In this document: one piece after another, positions 24,139 to 34,945 of the stretch
How the letters are laid out: every line of letters begins with the position of its first letter
Numbering within the stretch: position 1 is the stretch's first letter
Origin: Octopus sinensis
Taxonomy: Eukaryota
NCBI RefSeq assembly: GCF_006345805.1
Contig: NC_043026.1
Coordinates: 620,001-684,000, forward strand
Length of the DNA stretch: 64,000 nucleotides
Direction of reading: 5' to 3'
Program-made: the position numbers and the translations under genes
The notes under the pieces: generated by a model
Database searches by the model: none
Told to the model about the DNA's origin: nothing
What the model saw: the letters and a program-made list of their open reading frames with translations, nothing else

Positions 24139-24485
24139 GTAGGTTGGTTTGGTTTTTTATTTATATATCATATAGTATTTCATGTGTGCACCTATCTGTT
24201 ATGATTATGGTGTGGAAAGACTAAGATCAGCTTGTGTGGTTGTGGTTGTAAGTGTGTATGTGTGTCTGTATGTGTGTGTTTGTACGTTCAGATTATTGTG
24301 TGGGCCTTGTGAAGAGAACGTGAATTTGTGTTGTTTCCATAGAGTCTATTTGTGTAAGGTCTAGCTACCATGTTCCCGGCCGAGCAATGCCTTGTGAGTG
24401 AATTTCATAAAGGGAAACTGTGTTGTATCTTCCAATACATGTTTTTGCATATGAATGTGCATGTGTGTGTGTGTGTGTGTGTTTC

Positions 24486-24827
24486 TTCTCTTTCAACAGT
24501 AAGGGTAAAGACCCCCTTCGGTCATGAGTGACCATGGGATTGCACCTAGAAAGTTACCCTCCTAGACACAAGTCTGGGTGAGGTTGTTTATGGAAGACCA
24601 GCAGTCGCACATGCATACCGGCCTCCCTCTCCAAGCCACCAGTGTTATCCAAGGGAAAGACAAAGGTCGATACAGCTTGGCACCTGTGACGTCGCAACTC
24701 ATTTCTACAGCTGAGTGAACTGGAGCAACGTGAAATAAAGTGCCTTGCTCAAGAACACAACACGCAGCCCGGTCCGGGATTCGAGCTCACAACCTCACGA
24801 TCGTAAGCTTGACGCTCTAACCACTAG
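24486..24827 (-). mobile_element. tRNA-derived SINE (family 2)
   Basis: Minus strand CTAGTGGTTAGAGCG...GAGCTCGAATCCC boxes, then CTTGAGCAAGGCACTT central domain. Confidence 0.8.
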
Positions 24828-24953
24828 CAGCGCATAATTTTGTAGCTCTATGGTTTCCGACATTCAGTCACGCTGATTTTAGGGTGACTGAGGGTGAAAA
24901 ATCAGAGAGCTGCAAACATAAGTCTTGCTATTGTTTCAACGAGAAGACACACA

Positions 24954-24984
<31 letters not shown>

Positions 24985-25139
24985 CACATATCCAAAGATA
25001 CAACGGGCTTCAACACAGTTTTCGTCTACCAAATTCATTCACGAGCTATTGTTCGGTTGGGTGGAATAATAGAGGACTGAACCCGAAACTACATGTTTGC
25101 AGTGCAAGCTTCTTAACCCAACAGCTGATCCTGCTCCTT

Positions 25140-25400
25140 AGTTTCTCGCTAATGACCATGGATGAAGGCCGTAACTTCCCGCATTATCGGGACATTGTTG
25201 TCTGTGTCTGAACAATCCTATGCCCAAATGGCAGTCTCTGCCACATAAACCGAACTTATAGGCTTTCTCCGTGCTGTTTCGGTCGTAATGAAATGGTCTT
25301 CCCCAACAGCGTATTGTTCGGTTCTGTTTCTCTTGTGCAGGTTGTTGCCCATGCAGAGTGCCTCTCATCTCAATGATATTAATAGATCCAAAAGGAACAG
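25140..25400 (-). mobile_element. RTE-type LINE 3' fossil
   Basis: CGRDCHLGIGLFRHRQQC resembles the RTE C-terminal C2H2-like motif. Confidence 0.45.
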
Positions 25401-26019
25401 CAAGGAATGTTATCAGTGCCGGCGCAGGATTTGCACGAGTGAGGCTGTAGACAGCATCGAACTACCTCAGGGGTCTGATTCCCAGTTTTTCTTCAGTGCT
25501 TACACCCGAACACTTTCCCATGGTTGAGCATTGTTGTAAGTTATCAAAAGTTTGGAATCAGGCTTTTCTTTCATTTAGATTGCTTGCTAAAATGTGATTC
25601 CAAACTCGACAAGCTTCAAGAAATCAACAATAAGGCCCCAATACGGGAAGCAGTTTAAAATCATAACCAAACCTGTGTCTTAACCAATCACTATAATTTA
25701 ATTAAAACTTTCTCTTCTAAACTGTAATTTATTCATGTTTCATTTTCTTTTCCAAATATCCTTCCTCTCGCAAACATTTTCCATCTTCTCATTTCATCTC
25801 TCTCTCTCTTCTTTTTCAGGATATCTCTCTGTTATTCTCTAACTCTTTTCTTCTCTCTCTCTCTCTCTGTCTTTCTGTTCCCCGTTCTCTCCCTATATAA
25901 TAAATTTCACTTTGTCTTTTTTGCCGAATCTCTTCCAATCTCTCCCATCCACTTTCTTTCTCTCTTTCAGGCCATTCCTTTCCAACCTCTGTCTCCCTCT
26001 CGTAATCTTAGAGCCAAGA

Positions 26020-26350
26020 ATGTCCCTGTTTCCTTTCACCCGTCCGGTTGTGACAACAGTGCTGCTGTTAACACTTACAACAATTCTGACTGTTACCCAG
26101 GATCAAGAATTTGATGAAGCTTACTACAATCGTTTGGGACCTGGTTATTCCTATGATTATATTGGGACACCTCCAACAGAACGATTCCACACCGTATCAA
26201 GTCTACTGGAATGTAGCGGCATCGCTCTACAGAGACAATCAGAATTCTTCACTTACAACAAAGTCAGCCGTGTTTGTAAGAATTACTCACCGAAAGATAT
26301 AATGACAGTCGTCAGCACGAGTGACACCAACGAGATTTCATTCTATAGAT
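26020..26350 (+). CDS. Copy A exon 1: signal peptide + PAN/apple-like domain
   Basis: Acceptor tctctttcag|g at 25970; ATG 26020; hydrophobic VVTTVLLLTLTTILTV; LLEC..FFTYNKVSRVC; donor T|gtaagt at 26351 (phase 1). Confidence 0.85.
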
Positions 26351-26716
26351 GTAAGTGAAGCTTTTTTTTATTATTACAATTATTGATATTATTTACTGTA
26401 TTTGGTATTATATCAGTACCAGTTGAAGAATTGGGGTCAACGAAATCCACTTACTCCTCTCCATATGAAATTGCTGGCCTTGTGCGAAAATTTGAAATCA
26501 ATATTACTCTTGTTGCTGTTGATCTTGTTGTTGTTGTTGTTATTGCTACTGCTGCTGCCGCTGCTGCTATTGCTGCTGAATCTCCATGTCTCTGCTTTTA
26601 GTGTCATTGACATCTACCTGTTTGACTATTTTCCGTCTGGTAGATTCTATGATTTCTTCGATTTTCACTTCTGTTACCCAGCATTCCATTTTTATCTGCC
26701 TTTCTTGGTTCCTCGT

Positions 26717-27170
26717 CTCTGTCGAATCACATCGAACATTCCCTTTTCAAACCATCTCTCACTCTGTCGAATCACATCGAACATTCCCTTTTCAAACCAT
26801 CTCTCACTCTGTCGAATCACATCGAACATTCCCTTTTCAAACCATCTCTCACTCTGTCGAATCACATCGAACATTCCCTTTTCAAACCATCTCTCACTCT
26901 GTCGAATCACATCGAACATTCCCTTTTCAAACCATCTCTCACTCTGTCGAATCACATCGAACATTCCCTTTTCAAACCATCTCTCACTCTGTCGAATCAC
27001 ATCGAACATTCCCTTTTCAAACCATCTCTCACTCTGTCGAATCACATCGAACATTCCCTTTTCAAACCATCTCTCACTCTGTCGAATCACATCGAACATT
27101 CCCTTTTCAAACCATCTCTCACTCTGTCGAATCACATCGAAAATTCCCTTTTCAAACCATCCCTCGCTCT
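26717..27170. repeat. 45-bp minisatellite, 10 copies
   Basis: Unit CTCTGTCGAATCACATCGAACATTCCCTTTTCAAACCATCTCTCA, almost invariant, no spacers. Confidence 0.95.
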
Positions 27171-27354
27171 GTCCAGTGCAACCAAATATGCTGCTTTCAC
27201 TTCGGATGTAAAATTCCATCACAGTTACATTCCTCCTTTCCTTCGTACTGCAGTTGTTAAACGACAACCAGGCCTACTTTGCCAGGTCAGAGATCTTCAC
27301 CGTTATTAGTTCAAACCTCACTCACACTGTTATTCAAAACATTTTTATTTTGTA

Positions 27355-27867
27355 CTAGCAGTATCGCCCGGCGTTGCTCGGCTTTGTAAGGGAAATAACT
27401 ATATAAGCATTTTTAGAGAGTTACTTCCCTTATAGATGCCAATTCGGGCTTTCTTAGCCATTTCTGTTTTGGTGTCTTCAAGCCATGAAGTCGTTGTTCT
27501 AAAAGAACGCTGGTCTCCTTGACAACGCTTTACGACGTTGATTTCCTTACACTCCCTTCCCCACAGCTTCACGAGGGAGGGAAGAAGGGGGAGAAGCAAA
27601 CAGGTGCAGGTGTGACCATGGACGCCAACTCCGCCGCCATCGACACACGAAAAATTATGCATTAAAATGGAATAAAAAATGATGTTAAATTATTTTTAAA
27701 ATCGTAGACTCATTGTAGACGCGCGCTAATAGCCAGACGGGCTCGATATTAATCACGACTATAAGATACCCGAATTTGGTTAAACTGCACTGCAAAATGT
27801 GGGAGGAGTTAGGAATCTAAATCGAAGGGGACAGACACTCACACAACTACAGTTTTATATATATAGA
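27355..27867 (-). mobile_element. Non-autonomous Helitron (~513 bp)
   Basis: A|TC 5' end, CCCGAGCAACGCCGGG-type hairpin then CTAG|T 3' end; second copy 63302-63816. Confidence 0.85.
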
Positions 27868-27899
27868 TTTTCACTCAGGTGAGGGTTGCGGTGATGAAA

Positions 27900-29550
27900 C
27901 ACCATCTTTAGAGGGGTTGCCGACCACGGATAAAGTGGCTCTCCCACTCCATGAGACAGACAGGGGTATCATTCAGAGAACAAAGTGCAACGGAGATAAG
28001 CTATCAGCCTGGAAAATACCTCTTCTGATATCTAGGGTGCCCAAGCTTTTTCCGTGAGATGGAAGTCAGTTCAGGTTTTCCATCCAACCATACGTTTGTT
28101 CAGGAAACACGTTACATTCCTCGCAATTACAAAGAGATCTAAGCACTCGATGATCCACGAATGTTGAATCATATCCTAAACTGTGCGATAGTCAATCCAG
28201 ATCATTCCCAGATTTGTTTTCCTTCCTTTACGATTTAGCATTACCATTTTGTCCTTCAGTAGTTGATCTTTGGTACCTCTACATCTTCTACAGCCCTTTT
28301 TGTTCCAGCAGTAATAAATCGTTCTCATCAAGAAATTCATACAATTCTTCTGTAATTCCTCCTGACCGTAATTTCCACATTAATGGGTGGCAGGAAATTG
28401 GTCTGTAATTATCAGCAGCAGTTCCCTTTGATGCATCCTTCAGGCACAGCCCCGTTCGTCCTTTTGTCAGCCAACCCGAGATTTCTTCTTCTTCTCCATT
28501 AATCAATGCATTAAATTGCTCTGCGATCAATTTATGGCAACTACTGAACATTTTTATCCCAAATCCCTGTACACCACCAGGCCCTTCTGCTTTCCAGTTG
28601 CTTATCTTCTTACTCATATTTCTGATACCGTCTTCTGTGAAGTGGATAGCCTTTGACTGGGGATAAGAAGCTGTTTGCTTCAGGCTGCAGCGGCATTCAG
28701 CTGTAGTTTTATGCTGTTCTTACTCCATATCTGACCCCAAAATAGTCAACTTTCATCAGCATCAGGGACTAATCTTTCACGTTGTTTATCCTCATTAATC
28801 TCTTAGTATAATCTTTATGGTCGGTTCTAAAAATTTGTTTTACTGGTATTGCTTAATGCATTGTTCTGTCCTAGTTAGCTTTGCTTTTTTTTTGCATGTA
28901 TACGATGCTTCAATCCATCAATTACAACATTCAGACCTTCTGTATCTACACCACACTTCTTCCTAACCTTTTCCACTGTTTATTCATTCTTAAGTTCTCC
29001 CTTTCTTTTCCTGACAAGTATTGACACTAAAATATTAAAGGATTTATATCTTCAGAAATTCATTTTTCCCACCACGGTTGTTTATTTCCTCTTCTATCCG
29101 CCGATATTCAGTAGTTCTCAATCCCATCCTTTCCGCCACAATCCCACTTGCAGCCTTGATAAGATTATTAATTTGCGTGATGTTTTTTTTGTTTCTCAAT
29201 ACATTATTGTGCATATAATGTGTCTCAATATGTCTCAATACGTTAATGACTTTTACTCGTCTCTTGATTTAGTCTCCACTGGTTAGCCTTCTTAAACTCG
29301 CACATAAATTCTACCCCTTCTGTATTTCATAAATACAAAATTCTGTCTAAATAGTCACTGATCTCAATTCTTTCACAATCCACGGTAGTATATTCTTGCG
29401 ACCAATTGTCCATCTCTTCCACTGTACAACTTTCGTTTCTCGCTTGCCCAGCATCACCCGATATCCTTCTTTTAATAGCTTCTAGCTCCAATTTTGTTAA
29501 CCATCCATTCTTGCTTGGTATTGCTCTTGCTTGGTCACATAATATCTGTT
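27900..29550 (-). pseudogene. Old R4/Dong fossil: N-terminal part + RT core
   Basis: ORF 28288-28617 NWKAEGPGG...NYRPISC; further downstream RRGIFQADSLSP; lies in intron 1 of copy A. Confidence 0.75.
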
Positions 29551-29552
29551 CA

Positions 29553-29604
<52 letters not shown>

Positions 29605-29608
29605 TCAG

Positions 29609-29787
29609 ACAGCCAATGGATAAAAGTATATGCCCTATCAATGGGAGCCGGTTCGTATGTCTATGATTCATTTTTTAATATAGGAAGTCCTTCAACCTGG
29701 AAAGTGGAAAAATGCGTCGATACCTTCTGTCCTAACTTCTTCCGACATCCTATCCTTGATTTCTGGAGTCATCTTCCAATCGAGAAG
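29609..29787 (+). CDS. Copy A exon 2
   Basis: atttcag|AC..AAG|gtacgt; same peptide as B exon 2; phase 1 to 0. Confidence 0.88.
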
Positions 29788-30078
29788 GTACGTACACAAA
29801 ATATTTTTATGCGCATTCATATACACAAACATAGAAAGAATTAAGTTGGCAAAAAGTCATCAATTTTGCGAGAGAAAAGAATCTATTAGATTACTTATTT
29901 TATTGATTTTAAAAAACAAAGTTTACCTTGACTGTGTTTAAACTCAGAACGTCAAGGCACATAAATAAGTACTTAATTAATTAAAAATATTATGTCCAAA
30001 ATTTAATGACACTGCTATTTAAAATCATTCATAATATATTGTCACTATTATCGTGCGTGCCCACACACACTCACTAAT

Positions 30079-30115
<37 letters not shown>

Positions 30116-31164
30116 TATAGGAGTGCGTGCTTAATAAATGTTAATACGAGAAAATGGAATGAACAGCTTTTATTACTACAGTTGTTTCAGGCTATCATCA
30201 TCAGCTGGTAATTGCTGAACGCTACACACATCATACTCATTATTGCACGAATATGATTAAAAAATAGCTGAATTCATGCACGTCTTGAGGTGAGTTGCGT
30301 CCAAAACACTGCTAGATCATCTTTAGTTTCTCTTTGTTTTGCGTCGCTACCATATTGTTATTTTTGATATTCCATTGACAAAGAAGGACACAGAAGTGCA
30401 AAGATATAAAAATGAGAAAAACATACCAAAAATATTTCAATAGAAATAAAAAGCGTAAAACGAATTAAACCCATATTCATTCCGTATGACATTGACTTCC
30501 TTTGAAGTGGAATGGTAACAGACACAAAAAATAAGTAAATGTTAAAGATTATCTTTTTATGACATTATTATTTTAGAATATTCGTTTATTTTCCTAAACC
30601 CCAAGATAAGTCTGTGGTTAAGGATGGAATGAATTCAGACTTATTTTTTAATGAAGCATCCAGTAGCACAGCATTTCAAGATAGACGTAGCTTCTACAGA
30701 TATAGAAATAAAACAATTAACAAAACTCTGGAGTCGTAATTAGCCTGTGAAAAGTTACAGGGCAAAATATGAGCAGTGGACAAAATTGTCCATCAACGAT
30801 TGTGGAACTTCATTGTGTTTGCACTTCATCAGAAGCACAAATAAGAAGGAGAAGCAGAAGAAGAAGAAGAAGAAGAAGAAGAAGAAGAAGAAGAAGAAGA
30901 AGAAGAAGAAGAAGAAGAAGGGAAGGAGAAGAAGGACAGGAATATGAGAAGCAGAAGAAGACAAGGAGAAGATGGAGAGGAGGAGGAGGAGAAGAAGAAG
31001 AGAAGATGAAGGAGAGGAGGAGGAGTTTGGAAAGGACGAGGAGGAGGAGGAGAAGAAGGAAAAGAAGTACAAGAATGAGAATAATAATAATAATAATAAT
31101 AAGAAGAAGAAGAGGAATAATAATAATAACAATAATAATAATAATGATGATGATAATAATAATG

Positions 31165-31195
<31 letters not shown>

Positions 31196-31242
31196 TACTA
31201 ATAATAATAATAATAATGATAATAATAATGATAATAATAATG

Positions 31243-31309
<67 letters not shown>

Positions 31310-31344
31310 TGATGATAATAATAATGATAATAATAATAATAATA

Positions 31345-31694
31345 CCGGCTGATGACAACGTGTCTCTAAAAGAAATGGAGAAACTTTCAAAATACAAAGA
31401 CCTGGAAATAGAGGTAACCAGAATGTGGAATCCGAAAACAGAAACAATTTCTATCATAATAGGTGCATTAGGCATGATAAAAAAATATTCAGACAAATAC
31501 ATAACAAAAACACCAGGACTTACAAACACATATAACATACAGAAAATTGCACTACTAGGCACTGCACACATCCTACGCAGAACACTTTCCATACAATAAC
31601 CATCAGAGCATCACAACAAACCACAGCACATACCCAAGGCACACAGAGCTGCGCTCGGTAGTGAAGTGAAAGCACGCTACAAAAAATAAAACTA

Positions 31695-31697
<3 letters not shown>
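31345..31697 (+). mobile_element. 5'-truncated R4/Dong subfamily 1 fragment
   Basis: PADDNVSLKEMEKLSKYKDL...RRTLSIQ* plus 3' UTR; embedded in (TAA)n. Confidence 0.9.
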
Positions 31698-31732
<35 letters not shown>

Positions 31733-31866
31733 TAATAATAATAATAATGATAATAATAACAATAATAATAATGATGATGATAATAATAATAATGATAATA
31801 ATAACAATAATAATAATGATGATGATAATAATAATGATAATAATAATATTAATAATAATAATAATG

Positions 31867-31933
<67 letters not shown>

Positions 31934-32109
31934 TATTAATAATAATAACGATGATGATGATAATAATAATAATAATAATAGTAATAATAATAATAATGAT
32001 TATAATAATAATAATAATAATGATAATAATAATAATAATAATAATAACAATAATAATAATAATAATAATAACAATAATAATAATAATGATGATGATGATG
32101 ATGATGATG

Positions 32110-32154
<45 letters not shown>

Positions 32155-32199
32155 ATATTAATAATAGGAAGAAGAAGAAGAAGAAGAAGAAGAATAACA

Positions 32200-32251
<52 letters not shown>
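31698..32251. repeat. (TAA/TGA)n tract immediately upstream of the exon 3 acceptor
   Basis: Direct reading. Confidence 0.95.
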
Positions 32252-32268
32252 GTCAAGCTTTACTTTAG

Positions 32269-32432
32269 GTAAAACTAGTGCTTTATAAAAACCAAACAGC
32301 TGTAGTTGATATGGTGTTTGATGGACGAAATACAAACCCTGGAAGCTGGTTCTCTCCTGGAAAGTTGATAAGTTCTCCTTGGACCGACCTACCTTACCAC
32401 TCTCACAATTACTTCTCAATTAGAGGAGCGTA
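32269..32432 (+). CDS. Copy A exon 3
   Basis: tttag|GTA..GCGTA|gtaagt; VKLVLYKNQT...FSIRGA; phase 0 to 2. Confidence 0.88.
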
Positions 32433-33705
32433 GTAAGTAATTTTTATCACTGTTTGTTTTTTGTTATCCTGCTGGGGTCTATAAATAAAGTACCTGTGAA
32501 GTACAGTGTCTATGTAATCAACTACATACACTTCCCCTATATTCCTATCATTGCCATAAATATTAGTTTAATCGCAGAAATAATATCAATTAATTAATAT
32601 TAATTATTGTTTACCTGCAAAGACTGGGGTTTAACTTCCTTGTATTATATTATAGTATCTCATCGAATTCCGTTTGTGAATTTACTATCAACAAATAAGC
32701 ACGCGCCCGTAGGCATATAAATATATACATACTTGTGTCTAGCCATGAAGGCACTTGGCTTAGTGGTCAGGATGTGAAGCTGGGGATTATAAGTTCGTGG
32801 TTTCAATTGCACGCTACTAATTCGTTGGGCAGTAATTTCACAGGAATCATGCAAGTGAATACTCAGTCATCTTCGAAAGAGACCGAGATCCATTTACTTA
32901 TAAATATGTATGACAACATTTGTATGATTTTCTTTCCTCTCCTGTTTCTGCTCATCAATACATTAATTAAAAGAAAATTAGTTAATGATAGCACAGAATG
33001 GCATATGCACACTTATATTGACTGGTGACCATGATGAGTTTGTCACCTGATCAGTGCATTGGGACATTTTGGGTAATTCTTTGTGGACCTGGAATTATAA
33101 AAGTGGTTAGTAACCTCTGTCTATCTACTAGTTTCATCTGCTAGAAATAAGTCACCAAATATCGCTGAAAATCACAGCCTACCCTCTTAAAAATAAACAT
33201 AGTATATATTTGAATGTTTTTGACAATTGATCATTCTCGACTTGCGATGCCCACTTTGAAATATTCTTCAGTCTGAAGAGGGAGAAAAATCGTTGGATTT
33301 CGTTGTGGCCCTTTTCGAATTCTGGATAAGCGAAAGGGATGACGTTATTATCAGACAAAAAACTAGCCTAAATATTTACGACAGAATTGTCACAATCAAA
33401 GTCCTCCCGCCCCAATGGTGAAGCTGCAGTGTTAAATTGACTGACAAATAAAGTCTACTACACATGTATGAAGACTGTCCTTCTAAATATTACACAGATT
33501 ACTTGTACGAAACTTTCACTTACAAAAATTTCGTTTACTGTAAAGGAGAACATATCATTTGTCTAATCAACGGGCGTTGTCGGTTCGAACTTGGAAACTT
33601 CACAATTACGTAGTCGTGAGACAAACTTTTCAATTGCAAAATCTGACAACGACAATAACAGCACATAGTACAACAGCACCATATTTTTGCTTTACTCCTT
33701 TACAG

Positions 33706-33866
33706 TAACAGACGTCGTTTCTATGTTTCCTCTAACCATGGAGGTTGTGAGCATGACGCCGGTTGGATATGTATTGTTCAAGGTGGTGGCTGCCTTTGGG
33801 AGATTTTTCCACATTATCCTACGCTATTTTACTCAAACAGAACTTCGATATCCACATGGTATTACG
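33706..33866 (+). CDS. Copy A exon 4
   Basis: tttacag|T..TAC G|gtaagt; NRRRFYVSSNHGGCEHDAGWICIVQGGGCLWEIFPHYPTLFYSNRTSISTWYY. Confidence 0.88.
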
Positions 33867-34104
33867 GTAAGTATTTCGTCATCTGTCTTAACTTGCTTCT
33901 CAACAGGTGTTCAGCATAAACCCACATTTCAGATATCTCCGGCCACTGGACAATAGCGCCTTAATGAAGGGAAATATTACTTTGATTAAATATGGAAATC
34001 AAATTCCCCAAAACGCATTTGCTATTACTGATATTCGTCTTGTTAATCTTGCTGTTAGTGTTGTTATTGTTGTTATTGTCGTTGTTACTTTTCTTATTTT
34101 GCAG

Positions 34105-34154
34105 GTTTTGAAACAGCTGATTCCATGGCCATCTTCATCCGCTTGAAATCGTAA
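34105..34154 (+). CDS. Copy A exon 5 (terminal)
   Basis: ttttgcag|GT TTT GAA..TCG TAA; GFETADSMAIFIRLKS*; total CDS 331+179+164+161+50 = 885 nt, in frame. Confidence 0.8.
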
Positions 34155-34420
34155 CTAAGCAACCGAAATATCTGTTTTATACGACGTGACCACACGGCTT
34201 CTGTCAACCAAATTCACTCGCAAATAATTACTTTTATGATAAAACCCGGGACTATAAGTAGAAAACTCTTGTCCAGGGTGCTCCACAGTAGGATTGAACT
34301 CGAAAGCACATGGTTGCAAAGCAAGCTTCTTAACCACACAACCACGTCTGCATCTGTGAGTGTGCGTGTATGTATGTGCATGTGTATGTGTGCATGTGTA
34401 TGTGTGTGCGTGAGTACATA

Positions 34421-34945
34421 CAGCGTGTCCCAGTATTAATTATCTATTTCAGTGAAATCGGACAGTTTCATCAGAAACTCGCATTTATTTATGTTTGGCT
34501 TGTTTAATATCCGTTAAAAATTTATAAGTATTTTATTTTGTCTATAATTTTATAATTGTGTTTTTTATAATTTTATTTTCATTTCTGTTGGATTCTGATT
34601 GTTTGTTCACTACTTTTACTTTCGCTGAAATCATTTTCTCTTCCTCCACCCGGAGAATGGAACAATAGTTTGGCTGAATTTAAAGAATGCATTCAGTTAG
34701 CATTGCAGGGCATAATTCTTACAATGCTTCCAAATGTGATTCGTAATGCCGAGGATATATTTGAAATTTGCAGGGATACAGACGAAGCAAATGTCGAAAA
34801 TTTTCAATAAAATTTTGATGTAAGATTTATAAATTGATTTATTTGGGTATCCTAATTAATTAATGAACGTAAAATTTTGTCAGTTTTTCGTTTTACATTT
34901 GCGCGTTTTCCATAAAAAATAGAAAGTTAATTCTGGGACACCCTG
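34421..34945. mobile_element. Tc1/mariner-type non-autonomous element
   Basis: TA|CAGCGTGTCCCAGTATTAA ... TTAATTCTGGGACACCCTG imperfect TIRs. Confidence 0.7.

Larger units (their letters stand above)
28944..33901 (+). repeat. Right arm of inverted segmental duplication
   Basis: Reverse complement of 9026-10750 and 18660-21068; contains copy A exons 2-4. Confidence 0.92.

Noticed and set aside
26717-27170. CRISPR-like array
   Set aside because: Units are contiguous and identical with no unique spacers, there are no cas genes, and the context is eukaryotic.
30182-30289. Candidate exon ending GAG|GTGAGT in A intron 2
   Set aside because: Stops or a phase mismatch in every frame; the exon at 29609-29787 fits without it.
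32735-33028. 97-aa ORF duplicated at 9897-10190
   Set aside because: Intronic, overlaps a decayed SINE head, and is identical only because of the duplication.
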